From Candidatus Bathyarchaeia archaeon (GTDB lineage Archaea; Thermoproteota; Bathyarchaeia; Bathyarchaeales; DTEX01), in NCBI GenBank assembly GCA_038817885.1, contig JAWAZE010000001.1, positions 8,941 through 72,940 on the forward strand: a DNA stretch of 64,000 nucleotides. The letters run 5' to 3'. Shown piece after piece: positions 34,874 to 44,941 of this stretch (the stretch's first letter is position 1; each line of letters starts with the position of its first letter). The notes under the pieces are model-generated. The model saw nothing but the letters and a program-made list of their open reading frames with translations. It did no database searches and was not told where the DNA came from. The position numbers and the translations under genes are program-made.

Positions 34874-35782
34874 TTGCTTTCAGAACCTCTGAAGCGGCGA
34901 CAGAGGCTCGCCATAGCTATTCCAGCCTCAGTTGTCTCAGACGTTCCCCATCTTAGGGAGAAGACATTAAAGGTTGGTTTTATAGGTCGCGCTCTTGCGA
35001 TATTTCGTGTTGATGAGGTCATAATTTATCCAGACATTCTCGGCGTTGATCAGAGCCGTGATCAAAAGTTCTTATCAACTGTTCTATCCTATATGGAAAC
35101 ACCACAGTACCTTAGAAAGAGGTTATTTGATATAATGCCTGAGCTCCGCTATGCTGGAATACTTCCTCCACTTCGAACCCCTCACCATCCGACCCGGAAT
35201 AAAAAGAAGGATCTAAAGGATGGGGAGTTCAGAGATGGCATTGTAGTCGAGAAGAATAAGCGTGGTATACTTGTAGATATAGGTGTTGAAGAGCCGATAT
35301 TTATCCCTAATTTACATATCCAGAAGGGTGCGCGAGTAACCGTTAAAATTGTTAGTGATGGAAACAATCTAAGAGCTATGCCCATAGACGTAAATGAGAT
35401 TCCAGTATACTGGGGATATAAGGTGGTAGTATCGAGAGATCCCATTGGCCGAACGATTAAGAATTGTTTATTCGACCTAGTTATTGCGACATCCAGGTAT
35501 GGAGAACCCTTTATGAAGATCAAAGATGAGCTACTGGAGAGATGGCGTAGATCTAAGAGAGTACTTATCGCTTTTGGATCGCCGACACAGGGCTTATATG
35601 AAATAGCTAGGCAGGAGGGGTTCGATCTAAGAGAGATCTCAGATTTTATAGTGAATGTTATTCCAAGGCAGGCTGCAGAAACTGTCAGGACGGAGGAGGC
35701 TATCTATGCAACTTTAGCTATACTTAATCTTCTAACAGAATCCCTAAGTACCAATAATTATACTACTGGTTATTCTTTTTAG
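34874..35782 (+). CDS. SPOUT-superfamily putative RNA methyltransferase (DUF171/COG2106-like)
   Basis: 'RLAIAIPASVVSDVPHLREKTLKVGFIGRALAIFRVDEVIIY' matches my recollection of the DUF171 N-terminus. TTG start with an AGGGG SD. The 3' end overlaps convergent nadX by 39 nt. Confidence 0.6.
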   Translation: MLSEPLKRRQRLAIAIPASVVSDVPHLREKTLKVGFIGRALAIFRVDEVIIYPDILGVDQSRDQKFLSTVLSYMETPQYLRKRLFDIMPELRYAGILPPLRTPHHPTRNKKKDLKDGEFRDGIVVEKNKRGILVDIGVEEPIFIPNLHIQKGARVTVKIVSDGNNLRAMPIDVNEIPVYWGYKVVVSRDPIGRTIKNCLFDLVIATSRYGEPFMKIKDELLERWRRSKRVLIAFGSPTQGLYEIARQEGFDLREISDFIVNVIPRQAAETVRTEEAIYATLAILNLLTESLSTNNYTTGYSF

Positions 35783-36580
35783 GGTTGTTATAGCTGAGAG
35801 GGCTGCAATATAGCTTGTTCTAGGGTTATTTGGAAAAGGCTTGTTCACGGCTCTCGTATATATCTCCCCGAACTCACCCTTAACCTGGATTTCATGAATT
35901 ATATCCTTTATGGTGGGGTCGGCTATGACTTTAACCTTCGTTTTATCTGGGCCTACGCCAGCTAGGCTTAATGTAGCCGCGACATTAATGTTCTGTGGGA
36001 GAATCTTAACAGCCTCTCGGGCCGGCCCCTCATATAAGACCAATGGCCTCTTTATCGAAGATAGATCAATCTTAACCTTCCTAATTAGGTCAGCATCCTT
36101 AAAACTTTCTGGCGGCTTTCTGGTCGTGAGCGTGATTTCTTTGATATTGCCTAGAGCCGCGGATTTGATGTTGTCTATGCCGACGATCGCCCCTGATGGG
36201 ATATAAACTTTCCTGCCAGTTTTTTCAGCGGCATCAATTATTCTGGAGAATGTTAATTCGTCAAGTAGGGCGCCTGTACTCATAACCATTAGATCCTTAC
36301 CGCTATTCAAGATATTAACAGCGTAGTCTCTAATAAACTCTTGTGAGGCTGCCTCAATGACCAGTTGAATATCTCCCCTCTCTAAAATGTCACTTAGCGA
36401 CCTTGCTATAAGAGGCTTACAGCTTAGTCTAGAAATTAGATTCTCCGCCATCCTTGGAATAATGTCATAAACAACTATTAAACTTATGTTGCCAGCTTCC
36501 CCCCTGTCTATGGCCTCAGCTATAACTGTACCTATTGCACCGCAACCAACCAAGCCAGCGCCGATCCTCGTTAAAACCAC
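35744..36580 (-). CDS. nadX: L-aspartate dehydrogenase
   Basis: 'GLVGCGAIGTVIAEAI', 'IPSGAIVGIDNIKSA', 'QNINVAATLSLAG' and 'NPRTSYIAALSAITTLKRI' parallel Thermotoga NadX motifs. Confidence 0.85.
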   Translation of the reverse strand: MVLTRIGAGLVGCGAIGTVIAEAIDRGEAGNISLIVVYDIIPRMAENLISRLSCKPLIARSLSDILERGDIQLVIEAASQEFIRDYAVNILNSGKDLMVMSTGALLDELTFSRIIDAAEKTGRKVYIPSGAIVGIDNIKSAALGNIKEITLTTRKPPESFKDADLIRKVKIDLSSIKRPLVLYEGPAREAVKILPQNINVAATLSLAGVGPDKTKVKVIADPTIKDIIHEIQVKGEFGEIYTRAVNKPFPNNPRTSYIAALSAITTLKRITSSIIIGT

Positions 36581-36718
36581 CCTTCACGTAATAAATTCCT
36601 TAAAACTGATAATATGAAAGGCTTTAGATAAGGTTTTCTTTAAATGACCGAGAATAAATTTATTAGGTTTTCCATAATTTTCTCTTGTTATAAAGACTAA
36701 AATGCGTATTAAGGTGGG

Positions 36719-38779
36719 ATGCGGTTGCTGGTCTGGCTTTATATAGCGCCTATAGCAGGGCTTATTTCAGTTGTGCTCGCAGGTTACCTATATCAATATA
36801 TTCTAAAGCAGGACGCTGGAACAGAGAGGATGAAAGAGATAGCTGGCGCCATAAAGGAGGGCGCAAAGGCTTATCTTAGGAGACAAAATATGACTTTAGC
36901 CATTTTCGTAATAATCATGACAATCATAGTCGGAGCGCTTTACACAATATATCATCGTGGAGACATATTCTTCGGCGCAAGTATGGCATTCGCATACGTT
37001 TTAGGCTCCATATGCACTACAGTTGCAGCGTACATTGGCATGATAGCCGCCGTTGAAGCTAATGTTAGAACCGCAAATGCGGCGAGAGATGGACTTAAAA
37101 GAGCTTTTCCAATAGCGTTTTACGGCGGAGCAGTTATGGGTTTATTCATCATTGGCTTATCTTTATTAGGCGTCAGCGCATTATTCCACCTCTACAGATT
37201 TGTATTCAACTTCAGCGATGAAATGGCATCAAGCATAGTTTTAGGCTTCAGCTTCGGGGCAAGCGCCCTTGCCCTCTTTGCTAAGGCTGGTGGTGGAATA
37301 TATACAAAAACAGCTGATATAAGTGCTGACCTCGTTGGTAAGGTTGAGCTTGGCATACCTGAGGATGACCCGCGAAACCCAGCGGTAATAGCTGATAATG
37401 TCGGCGATAATGTCGGCGATGTAGCCGGCATGGGAGCGGATCTAACAGACTCATATATTGCAAGCCTGGCTGCCGCGATGCTCATTGGAGCGGAATGTGG
37501 CGAAAGCATGCTCACTATGCTTCCACTCATAATAGCAGCCGTAGGTCTATTTGCATCAATCCTAGGCGTAATGATTACAAAGGCTAGCGTTAAGGGCAAT
37601 CCTGGGGCGGCGCTTAACAGGGGCTCGTTCGGAACGTGGATCATATTCGCAGTACTTCTATTTTTAGTCACGTTCTCTTCAGGGCTTCGTGGAAATAGAT
37701 GGCTTGGGTTATTCCTGCCGACTGTCGCTGGCTTGGTTGCAGGGGTCATCATTGGGCTCACGACAGACTACTTCACATCAATAGATAGAATGCCTGCTAA
37801 GAAAGTTGCAGAGGCCTCAACGACCGGCGCAGCGATCAATATTCTGACCGGCTTCTCCTACGGTGTGATGAGTATTGTTCCGCCCATAATAGGCATATGT
37901 GCTGCGATGCTGGCGGCATGGTATCTATCAACTCTATTTGAAGTTGATCCGTTCTATGGGATCGCGATAGCCGCGGTTGGAATGCTGTCAACTGTTGGCA
38001 TGACCATATCAGCCGACGCTTACGGCCCAATCTCAGATAATGCTAAAGGCATAGCCGAGCAGTCTTGGCTTGGAGAAGAGGTAATTGAGATTGCGGATAG
38101 GCTTGATGCTGCTGGAAATACAACAAAAGCTATAACGAAGGGCTTCGCGATAGGCGCTGCGGCACTTACGGTTCTAGCCCTCTTCGCGGCATACGCTCAT
38201 CTGGTAGACATAAAGATGCTAGATCTAATGAGGCCTGAGGTCGTCGCTGGCATATTCATTGGAGGAATGATGCCCCCCTTACTCTCAGCACTGCTGATAC
38301 TGGCCGTTGGGAGGAATGCTGAGAGGATGATTAATGAAATTAGACGCCAATTCAGGGAGATTCCTGGCCTGATGGAGGGGAAAGCTAAGCCAGATTATGC
38401 TAAGTGCGTCGATATTGCAACTAAAGGTGCTTTGAGGGAACTTCTCTTACCCTGTTTACTAGCGATAATAGTCCCAGTATTAACGCTTAGGATTTTATGG
38501 AAGGAGGCTCTGGCGGGATTTCTAGCTGGGAGCATTATTACTGGTATAATATTCGCCCTCTTCATGGCTAACTCCGGCGGGCTATGGGATAACGCTAAAA
38601 AGTATATTGAGGCAGGGGCTTATGGCGGAAAGGGTTCAGAGGCCCATAAGGCGGCGGTTACGGGCGATACTGTTGGTGATCCATTCAAGGACACAGCGGG
38701 TCCCTCCCTCAACACGATGATAACGGTGATGTCTCTGGTTGCAGAAGTCTTCGCACCAATAGTAATTGGGCTAGTATAA
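36719..38779 (+). CDS. hppA: Membrane-bound proton/sodium-translocating pyrophosphatase
   Basis: 686 aa, polytopic. Signatures '[20 protein letters not shown]', '[17 protein letters not shown]', 'AYGPISDNA' and '[17 protein letters not shown]'. Confidence 0.95.
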   Translation: MRLLVWLYIAPIAGLISVVLAGYLYQYILKQDAGTERMKEIAGAIKEGAKAYLRRQNMTLAIFVIIMTIIVGALYTIYHRGDIFFGASMAFAYVLGSICTTVAAYIGMIAAVEANVRTANAARDGLKRAFPIAFYGGAVMGLFIIGLSLLGVSALFHLYRFVFNFSDEMASSIVLGFSFGASALALFAKAGGGIYTKTADISADLVGKVELGIPEDDPRNPAVIADNVGDNVGDVAGMGADLTDSYIASLAAAMLIGAECGESMLTMLPLIIAAVGLFASILGVMITKASVKGNPGAALNRGSFGTWIIFAVLLFLVTFSSGLRGNRWLGLFLPTVAGLVAGVIIGLTTDYFTSIDRMPAKKVAEASTTGAAINILTGFSYGVMSIVPPIIGICAAMLAAWYLSTLFEVDPFYGIAIAAVGMLSTVGMTISADAYGPISDNAKGIAEQSWLGEEVIEIADRLDAAGNTTKAITKGFAIGAAALTVLALFAAYAHLVDIKMLDLMRPEVVAGIFIGGMMPPLLSALLILAVGRNAERMINEIRRQFREIPGLMEGKAKPDYAKCVDIATKGALRELLLPCLLAIIVPVLTLRILWKEALAGFLAGSIITGIIFALFMANSGGLWDNAKKYIEAGAYGGKGSEAHKAAVTGDTVGDPFKDTAGPSLNTMITVMSLVAEVFAPIVIGLV

Positions 38780-38811
38780 ACGAATGATACTTCAATATTC
38801 TTCTTTTTTCT

Positions 38812-39948
38812 TTAGCTCAATAGGTGTATGTTTCCTATCCTGATATTTCTAAGATATTTTTTAGATACCTCATAGCATTCGCATGCTTGTTTTCTGCTCG
38901 TTGTTGGTAAGTCATCTATAACATATTGTGGGTAGAATGCTAGCAGCGTATATGGTATTCGCGGATCTATCTCAGCAATAAACTTAGCTATTTTCTCAAC
39001 CTCCACAGAATCTACGTAGCCTGGAACGAGTAGCGTGCTTGCTGTTAAAACTGGAACCTCAAGCCTCTCAGAAAAGTATTTCTCACCAATAATCCTAAAG
39101 TTTTCATAAATCTCCTTCTTTGGCACACCGCATAATGCCATATAAATATTTTCATCCCAAGCCTTCAGATCAAATTTAACTACCCCGCCGCTCTCAAGCG
39201 ATAGCTCGGCTGCCTTTATAGCGAACTCCCTGCGCATATTACCATTGGTCTCCCAGCATATCCGGAGTATGCGCCCACTACCCTTAGCCCTTTCCATGGC
39301 TATCTTGCTAGTCTTAATTGCGTGGGGCATATGTGTAGATGGATCTCCCCCAAAATAGCATATGCATGAGACTCTTTCATTAACTTTATCAGCCAGCTCC
39401 TCGCTGCTCATGCATGGGCTGAGTCTCTGTGATAAGTAGCGGTAATGCCAATTCTGACAGAAGAGGCAGTCTAAGCTGCAGGCCCCATAGAATACGGCTA
39501 AATTCACGTAACCTGTCTCAGCGGCAGGCTTATATGCATACTTCGGGTACCCGGCGCCAGTACATCCTGGACAGAACCACCACGCGACGCAGTTTGTTGG
39601 TAGTGGGTCATAATACCATTCTAAAATGCCTCTTTCGGGGGTTCCTCCCATCCGCTTGATATGCCCGTCAACGTTAAACACTAGGCCGCAGAATCCACGT
39701 GAGCCCCGCCTAATAATGCAGTCATTTGCGCACATTTCACACTTAACGCCGCTGGGATCCCTCGGAACCTCCGGTGGAAGGTCAAAGCACTTGCGTGTTT
39801 CTCCTCGAACAAATCTAACTATTTCAAGAGCCCTTTGAGACTTCTCCTTAATGCATTTTGCGCAGACCCCTAATTTACTGGAGATCAATGGCGAGCTGGC
39901 ATTACAGACTAAGCAAGTTCCCATTTTTCTCAAAAATAAAATGTTCAT
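38812..39948 (-). CDS. Radical SAM enzyme, PflA/AmmeMemoRadiSam-like, with an extra N-terminal Cys-rich (zinc-ribbon-like) extension
   Basis: Radical SAM cluster 'GACSLDCLFCQNW' (CxxxCxxC). Upstream 'KCEMCANDCIIRRGSRGFCG'. N-terminus 'CLVCNAS...GVCAKC'. Paralogous to 61001-62077. Confidence 0.75.
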   Translation of the reverse strand: MNILFLRKMGTCLVCNASSPLISSKLGVCAKCIKEKSQRALEIVRFVRGETRKCFDLPPEVPRDPSGVKCEMCANDCIIRRGSRGFCGLVFNVDGHIKRMGGTPERGILEWYYDPLPTNCVAWWFCPGCTGAGYPKYAYKPAAETGYVNLAVFYGACSLDCLFCQNWHYRYLSQRLSPCMSSEELADKVNERVSCICYFGGDPSTHMPHAIKTSKIAMERAKGSGRILRICWETNGNMRREFAIKAAELSLESGGVVKFDLKAWDENIYMALCGVPKKEIYENFRIIGEKYFSERLEVPVLTASTLLVPGYVDSVEVEKIAKFIAEIDPRIPYTLLAFYPQYVIDDLPTTSRKQACECYEVSKKYLRNIRIGNIHLLS

Positions 39949-40072
39949 AGAATCATTTATCCTTTAGTCTGCAATGTCAGGCTAAGATCTGGATTATTAA
40001 CGGATTACGTTAAGTTTAAGCTTTAAATGGTTCTCCACCTTAATTTATCTTCATAATGCCTGGGGTGATGTA

Positions 40073-40300
40073 GTGAGCACTCTTGAGAAGAAGATTGTTG
40101 AACTTTTGAGTAAGTCAGAGCCGCTGACTCTTATGGAGATCGCTGAAAAACTAAATAAGAATCCTAAGACAGTGTTCACCGCTCTGCGCAAGCTATTTGA
40201 GAAGGGTAAAGTAGGCTGTGATATAAAAACTAGAAAATACTACTTAGAAGAAGACTATGAGGAGTCGCGGGAGGAAGAGATTGAAAACATTGAAATTTAA
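40073..40300 (+). CDS. Small winged-helix DNA-binding protein with an acidic tail
   Basis: 75 aa: 'KKIVELLSKSEPLTLMEIAEKLNKNPKTVFTALRKLFEKGKV' (wHTH pattern) followed by 'EEDYEESREEEIENIEI'. Confidence 0.5.
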   Translation: MSTLEKKIVELLSKSEPLTLMEIAEKLNKNPKTVFTALRKLFEKGKVGCDIKTRKYYLEEDYEESREEEIENIEI

Positions 40301-40324
40301 CTTCTGCTTTAAAAGAACGCCAGC

Positions 40325-40999
40325 TTATAGGTTCTTTAATATATCGGGTTTATCGCTTGCTATCCCATCAACACCCATCCCTGCGTATTTTCCTGCCTCT
40401 TCAGGAGTGTTAATCGTCCAGACGATGACCTTTAAACCCCTATCATGGGCCTTCCTCACTAAGGATGGGAAAATGAGTTTGTACATTGGAAGCAGGTACT
40501 GGGCTTTTAATGATAGGGCGGCTCCAATGGGATCTTTATGTCTTACATAGATTAGCCCAGTCTTAATAGTGCCGCTGAGATCCCTAACTTTTTTCAACAC
40601 CTCTTCATAGAACGAGATTATTATCACGTTGTCTTCCAAACCCTTCCTCCTAACAATCTCCAGCACCTTCTCCTCTATACCAACCTCCTTTATCTCTATA
40701 AATATCTTCGATTTCCTATCAAGGAAGTCGAGAGCTTCCTCTAGAGTCGGTATCTTCTCACCCTTCTCGGTAGAGAGACTCTTAATCTCACTTAAAGTTA
40801 ATTCACCAACAAGCCCCTTTCCATTGGTTGTCCTATCAACCTCGGCATCATGAATAACAACTATTTCGCCATCCTTAGTCCTCCTAACATCAAACTCAAT
40901 AGCATTCACGCCGAGCTCTAAAGCCCTCTTAAAGCTAAGTATGGTGTTCTCAGGCTCATACCCCTTAGCACCCCTATGGCCAATCCTCAACTCTAACAT
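40325..40999 (-). CDS. Glycerophosphodiester phosphodiesterase
   Basis: 'RIGHRGAKGYEPENT', 'IEFDVRRTKDGEIVVIHD' and 'VIVWTINT'. The start is set to the ATG at 40999, with a GGTGA SD 5 nt upstream. The ORF-track GTG at 41083 adds 28 non-conserved residues. Confidence 0.85.
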   Translation of the reverse strand: MLELRIGHRGAKGYEPENTILSFKRALELGVNAIEFDVRRTKDGEIVVIHDAEVDRTTNGKGLVGELTLSEIKSLSTEKGEKIPTLEEALDFLDRKSKIFIEIKEVGIEEKVLEIVRRKGLEDNVIIISFYEEVLKKVRDLSGTIKTGLIYVRHKDPIGAALSLKAQYLLPMYKLIFPSLVRKAHDRGLKVIVWTINTPEEAGKYAGMGVDGIASDKPDILKNL

Positions 41000-41082
41000 A
41001 ATGGTCACCAATTCTCTATCAAACCAACAACTATTTAATACTTTATGAGCGGACGCCATGAGCGAAAATATCCTTTCAGCCA

Positions 41083-41553
41083 CTACAAAAATTTCAGGAA
41101 CCTTATTCCATCTCCTCCAGCACCGTAATAGTCCTTAAGAACCTCAAATATTCTATATCCATGCTTAAGATAGAAGTTTATGGCGGCAATGTTATCCCTA
41201 CGCGCCTCCAAGTAGCAGACCTTAACTCCACTCTGTCTTAATATCTCTTCTATGGCCTCTAATAAGCGTGAACCAGCCCCCCTCCGCCTATATTCTGACC
41301 TAACGGCTATAGAATATATATGACCCATGCGCTTTCCCTCAAAATTCTCCACATGAGCAGCTATATAACCAATGATCCTTCCCTCTAAAGTGGTAACCAG
41401 CGTTATAAACGTTGGATCCTCAAGGAAACGCGCAATATAGTGGAGTGGAAAAGAATCTTCCCGAAAACATTCAACCTCTATATCATATAGGACCCTTAAA
41501 TCTGATTTCCTCGCTCTCCTCACTACAACTTGATTGGGCATATCAAAGAACAA
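41083..41553 (-). CDS. GNAT-family N-acetyltransferase (RimI/Ard1-like)
   Basis: 'IYSIAVRSEYRRRGAGSRLLEAI' (acetyl-CoA-binding R/QxxGxG/A) and 'NIAAINFYLKHGY'. Confidence 0.85.
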   Translation of the reverse strand: MFFDMPNQVVVRRARKSDLRVLYDIEVECFREDSFPLHYIARFLEDPTFITLVTTLEGRIIGYIAAHVENFEGKRMGHIYSIAVRSEYRRRGAGSRLLEAIEEILRQSGVKVCYLEARRDNIAAINFYLKHGYRIFEVLKDYYGAGGDGIRFLKFL

Positions 41554-41593
41554 TCTTTAACGCTAAATAATATAAATTATACTGATATTCGAG

Positions 41594-42022
41594 GTGTTGG
41601 AGACGAGGGGCATATATCTGCTTATCATATCTATTAGTGGGATGAGGAGGATAGAGGTCGGCTCCCTCGGTACATTAACATTTGAAGGGGGTCTCTATGC
41701 TTATGTCGGCTCAGCCCAAAACAACCTTGAGAAGAGAATCGAAAGACACTTTAATAAATATAAACAAGCTTTCTGGCATATAGATTATCTACTTAATAAC
41801 GAGAACGCGGAGATCATTAATGTTCTTTTTAAAGATGCTCCTAAAAGCGAGGAGTGCCAGCTGGCGCTGGCCCTAAATAGTCTCTGCAAGCCTGTCAGAG
41901 GTTTCGGTTCATCTGACTGCAAATGTCCAAGCCATCTTTTTAAAGTAGATAATTACGAAGATATTGAAATGTTTTTGAAGAGGTTTGGATTAAATCTTTT
42001 TAAGAGAGCAGCTAACGCTTAG
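41594..42022 (+). CDS. DUF123 / GIY-YIG-superfamily (Uri-like) nuclease-domain protein
   Basis: 'GIYLLII...GGLYAYVGSAQNNLEKRIERHF', with a later 'CKCPSHLF' Cys/His cluster. Confidence 0.65.
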   Translation: MLETRGIYLLIISISGMRRIEVGSLGTLTFEGGLYAYVGSAQNNLEKRIERHFNKYKQAFWHIDYLLNNENAEIINVLFKDAPKSEECQLALALNSLCKPVRGFGSSDCKCPSHLFKVDNYEDIEMFLKRFGLNLFKRAANA

Positions 42023-42030
42023 ATAATTTC

Positions 42031-42336
42031 ATGCTGGGGATTGGAATGAGGGTTAGAGTCAGAGCGCTGGGGGTATTAAAGAAGGCCCTTGGAAAAGATG
42101 AGTTACTATTGGACCTGGATTCGAGGGGAGAATTAAAGCTAAGAGATGTTATTGAGAGGATTTTATGGGAAGCTGCTTCTTTAAGAGATTTATTGTTAGA
42201 TTCGGATCTAAAGGATCCCCGCCCAAACACAATAATATTAATAAATGGGAAGGAAATGGGTCTGCTTGGCGGACTGGATGCGATTATTAGAGATGGTGAT
42301 GAAATAGTTTTAATTCCAGTAGTTCACGGTGGCTAA
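42031..42336 (+). CDS. MoaD/ThiS-family ubiquitin-like (SAMP-like) protein with a C-terminal Gly-Gly
   Basis: 101 aa ending 'DGDEIVLIPVVHGG'. Archaeal MoaD pattern 'ILINGKEMGLLGGLDAIIRDGD'. Confidence 0.75.
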   Translation: MLGIGMRVRVRALGVLKKALGKDELLLDLDSRGELKLRDVIERILWEAASLRDLLLDSDLKDPRPNTIILINGKEMGLLGGLDAIIRDGDEIVLIPVVHGG

Positions 42337-42356
42337 TAGCTCTGGTTTGCATTAGG

Positions 42357-42869
42357 TTACCATGGCAATTTTCCGTGCTTTTTAACATAGCTGACCAGAC
42401 CACCCTCACTTAAGATTTCGAGTAGGGCTGATGGTATAGGCTTAACCTTGTAGATCTCGTTCTTTGTTATATTTTTGATAGTACCACCAGCTAGATCCGC
42501 CTCCAAAATCTCTCCATCAGATATTCTGTGGGCTTCTTTGCATTCCAGGACTGGTAAACCAATATTTATTGCATTTCTATAGAATATTCTTGCAAATGAT
42601 TCAGCGATAACCGCGCCTATACCTATATGCTTTAAGACGAGCGGCGCCTGCTCCCTACTTGATCCGCAACCAAAATTCTTTCCAGCAACAATTATGTCAC
42701 CCTTATTCACCTTCTCAGCGAATCCAGGTATCAGTGTCTCCATAGCATGCTTTGAGAGCTCATCAATGTCAGTTATGCTCAACTTATATTTTCCCGCTAT
42801 AATTAAGTCCGTGTTTATGTCATCGCCGAACTTCCATACACGGCCCCTAATTACCGCCATCACCACCAC
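42357..42869 (-). CDS. 3-isopropylmalate/homoaconitate dehydratase small subunit
   Basis: '[18 protein letters not shown]' and '[14 protein letters not shown]' (aconitase swivel domain). Confidence 0.85.
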   Translation of the reverse strand: MVVMAVIRGRVWKFGDDINTDLIIAGKYKLSITDIDELSKHAMETLIPGFAEKVNKGDIIVAGKNFGCGSSREQAPLVLKHIGIGAVIAESFARIFYRNAINIGLPVLECKEAHRISDGEILEADLAGGTIKNITKNEIYKVKPIPSALLEILSEGGLVSYVKKHGKLPW

Positions 42870-44129
42870 CTAACGCTTTAACAATCTTCTTGGATCAGTT
42901 ATTCTCCCCTCGAGGGCTGAGGCCGCCGCTGTCGCTGGTGACGCTAAGTAAATCTCCGCATCGACGCTCCCCATCCTACCCTTAAAGTTTCTATTAGACG
43001 TTGATAAACATACTTCTCCCGGGCCCAATATCCCTTGGTGGGCGCCCGCACATGGGCCGCATCCGGGATTGCATACCGCGCAACCAGCCTCAACAAATGT
43101 TTCAATTAGGCCCTCCCTTAAGGCCTGTAGGTATATGCTCCTAGAGGCTGGAATAACTATCATTCTGACACCATTTTTTATCTTTCTCCCTTTAAGTATC
43201 TTGGCGGCAATCCTTAAGTCCTCAATGCGTCCATTTGTACAGGAGCCTAAAAACACCTGGTCTATTTCTATCCCCTCAATATTCTTAACTGGCTTGACGT
43301 TATCAACAGAATGGGGGCATGCGGCCATCGGCTCTAAATTCGAGACATCTATTGCTATTTTCTCGGAGTACTCTGCATCATCATCACTCTTAATAGGAAC
43401 GTAGTCCTTAACCCTAATATTATATAAGTATTCTTTGGTCTTTTCATCCGGCTCAATTATCCCAGTCTTAGCACCCATCTCGATAGCCATGTTGCAAAGC
43501 GTTAGACGGCCATCAATACTCATGCTATTAATGGTCTCGCCACAGTATTCCACAGCCTTATATGTTGCGCCATCAGCCCCTAAAATGCTAATTATCTTGA
43601 GGATTATATCCTTGGGCAAAACCATGGGCGGTGGATAGCCGTTTATTTTAACCTTAATTGTTTCAGGAACCTTAAACCAGAGTTTACCGGACATGAATGC
43701 GGCAGCGATCTCAGTCGATCCGACCCCGGTTGAGAATGCTCCTAAAGCGCCGTAAGTGCATGTATGTGAGTCAGCGCCGACAATCAGCGAACCAGGGCGA
43801 ACGAGTCTAGACTCAACCATGAGCTGATGGCATATACCGGATCCCACATCGTAAATCTTTACGCCATATTTATGTGCGAAGTCACGTATAACCTCATGAA
43901 CCTTCGCAAACCTCTCATTTGAGCTGGGAGATACATGGTCTATAATTAAGGCGATTTTCGATGGATCCCAAACTCCTCCTCCCCCCATATCCTTAAAGGC
44001 TTCAATAGCCAGCAGTGCGGTCCCATCGTGTGCCATAGCGGCGTCTACTTTAGCTACAACTATATCCCCAGAATAAGCATCTCTCCCAGAAGCCAAGCTA
44101 AATATCTTCTCCACTATAGTCTTACCCAT
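42870..44129 (-). CDS. 3-isopropylmalate/homoaconitate dehydratase large subunit
   Basis: 'VDAAMAHDGT', 'GADSHTCTYGALGAF', 'FLGSCTNGRIEDL' and 'NPGCGPCAG...STSNRNFKGRMG' (Fe-S ligand cysteines). Confidence 0.9.
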   Translation of the reverse strand: MGKTIVEKIFSLASGRDAYSGDIVVAKVDAAMAHDGTALLAIEAFKDMGGGGVWDPSKIALIIDHVSPSSNERFAKVHEVIRDFAHKYGVKIYDVGSGICHQLMVESRLVRPGSLIVGADSHTCTYGALGAFSTGVGSTEIAAAFMSGKLWFKVPETIKVKINGYPPPMVLPKDIILKIISILGADGATYKAVEYCGETINSMSIDGRLTLCNMAIEMGAKTGIIEPDEKTKEYLYNIRVKDYVPIKSDDDAEYSEKIAIDVSNLEPMAACPHSVDNVKPVKNIEGIEIDQVFLGSCTNGRIEDLRIAAKILKGRKIKNGVRMIVIPASRSIYLQALREGLIETFVEAGCAVCNPGCGPCAGAHQGILGPGEVCLSTSNRNFKGRMGSVDAEIYLASPATAAASALEGRITDPRRLLKR

Positions 44130-44193
44130 ATCTTATCAGCCGATTTGAACTGCATTATATTATAAACTTAGTTGGAGAATCAAGTAATATCTT

Positions 44194-44934
44194 TTACTTC
44201 CTCTTTTTTCTCCCCGTTCTCTTCGCCGCTATATGCCCAACTTTTCTTCCAGGGGGCGCGTTACGTGAGACCGCTGTGGGCTTCTTAGCACTTCTCCTAC
44301 CGCTCCCAAAGGGATGTAAAGCTGCGATCATCGCCCTTCCACGCACCCTTGGATACTTATGCCCCTTAGCCCTCATCAAGTGGAATTTCTTACCAGCCTT
44401 CACGAAGGGCTTCTCTGTACGTCCTGACGCCGCCACAATACCAATTGTTGCTAGACATTGGTCGTTGATGTAGCGCGTCTTACCAGATGGAAGTGATATA
44501 AGTGTTCCCCCAGGCGTATGCGAGAGCACCGTTGCATATCCCCCGGAGGCACGAACAAGCTTCCCACCATCCCCCGGCGATACTTCTATATTGCATATCG
44601 CCGTTCCCTCGGGGATTGCTCTGACCGGAAGGATGTTACCTATGTTTACTGAGGCCTTCCCCCCAACCTCTATTATTTGCCCTTCACGTAATCCCTCCGC
44701 TGCCAGAGTATAATATCTCTCGCCAGTTTCGAGCTCTATATATGCTAATGGAGACCCCCTACCTGGATCATGAACAAGCTTCAGTACTTGTCCCTTCAAA
44801 ACCTTATCCATAATACCAATTGTAGAGAGGTTAGGATACTTTGCTGGCGCAACCCGTTTATGAGTAGACGCTCTAAATACTGATGATCCTCTTCCTCTCC
44901 TTTGAACTACTATTCTTTTTCCCATTTTAATCAC
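44194..44934 (-). CDS. rpl2: 50S ribosomal protein L2 (uL2)
   Basis: 'GKRIVVQRRGRGSSVFRA', 'GNILPVRAIPEGTAICNIE' and 'GRAMIAALHPFGSG'. Confidence 0.95.
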   Translation of the reverse strand: MIKMGKRIVVQRRGRGSSVFRASTHKRVAPAKYPNLSTIGIMDKVLKGQVLKLVHDPGRGSPLAYIELETGERYYTLAAEGLREGQIIEVGGKASVNIGNILPVRAIPEGTAICNIEVSPGDGGKLVRASGGYATVLSHTPGGTLISLPSGKTRYINDQCLATIGIVAASGRTEKPFVKAGKKFHLMRAKGHKYPRVRGRAMIAALHPFGSGRRSAKKPTAVSRNAPPGRKVGHIAAKRTGRKKRK

Positions 44935-44941
44935 CTCTCAG

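Noticed and set aside
37394-37429. Apparent tandem DNA repeat GATAATGTCGGC GATAATGTCGGC GATGTAGCCGGC
   Set aside because: It encodes the conserved pyrophosphatase motif [12 protein letters not shown], so it is a protein-level repeat and not a genomic repeat element.
37192-37761. 189-aa antisense ORF inside hppA, plus 37281..37463 and 37836..38030
   Set aside because: These are shadow ORFs on the opposite strand of a strongly supported H+-PPase gene. Their Pro/Ala/Ser-rich translations have no motif.
40257-40550. ORF 40257..40550 (+) following the small wHTH gene
   Set aside because: It lies almost entirely opposite the well-supported glycerophosphodiester phosphodiesterase gene and has a low-complexity translation.
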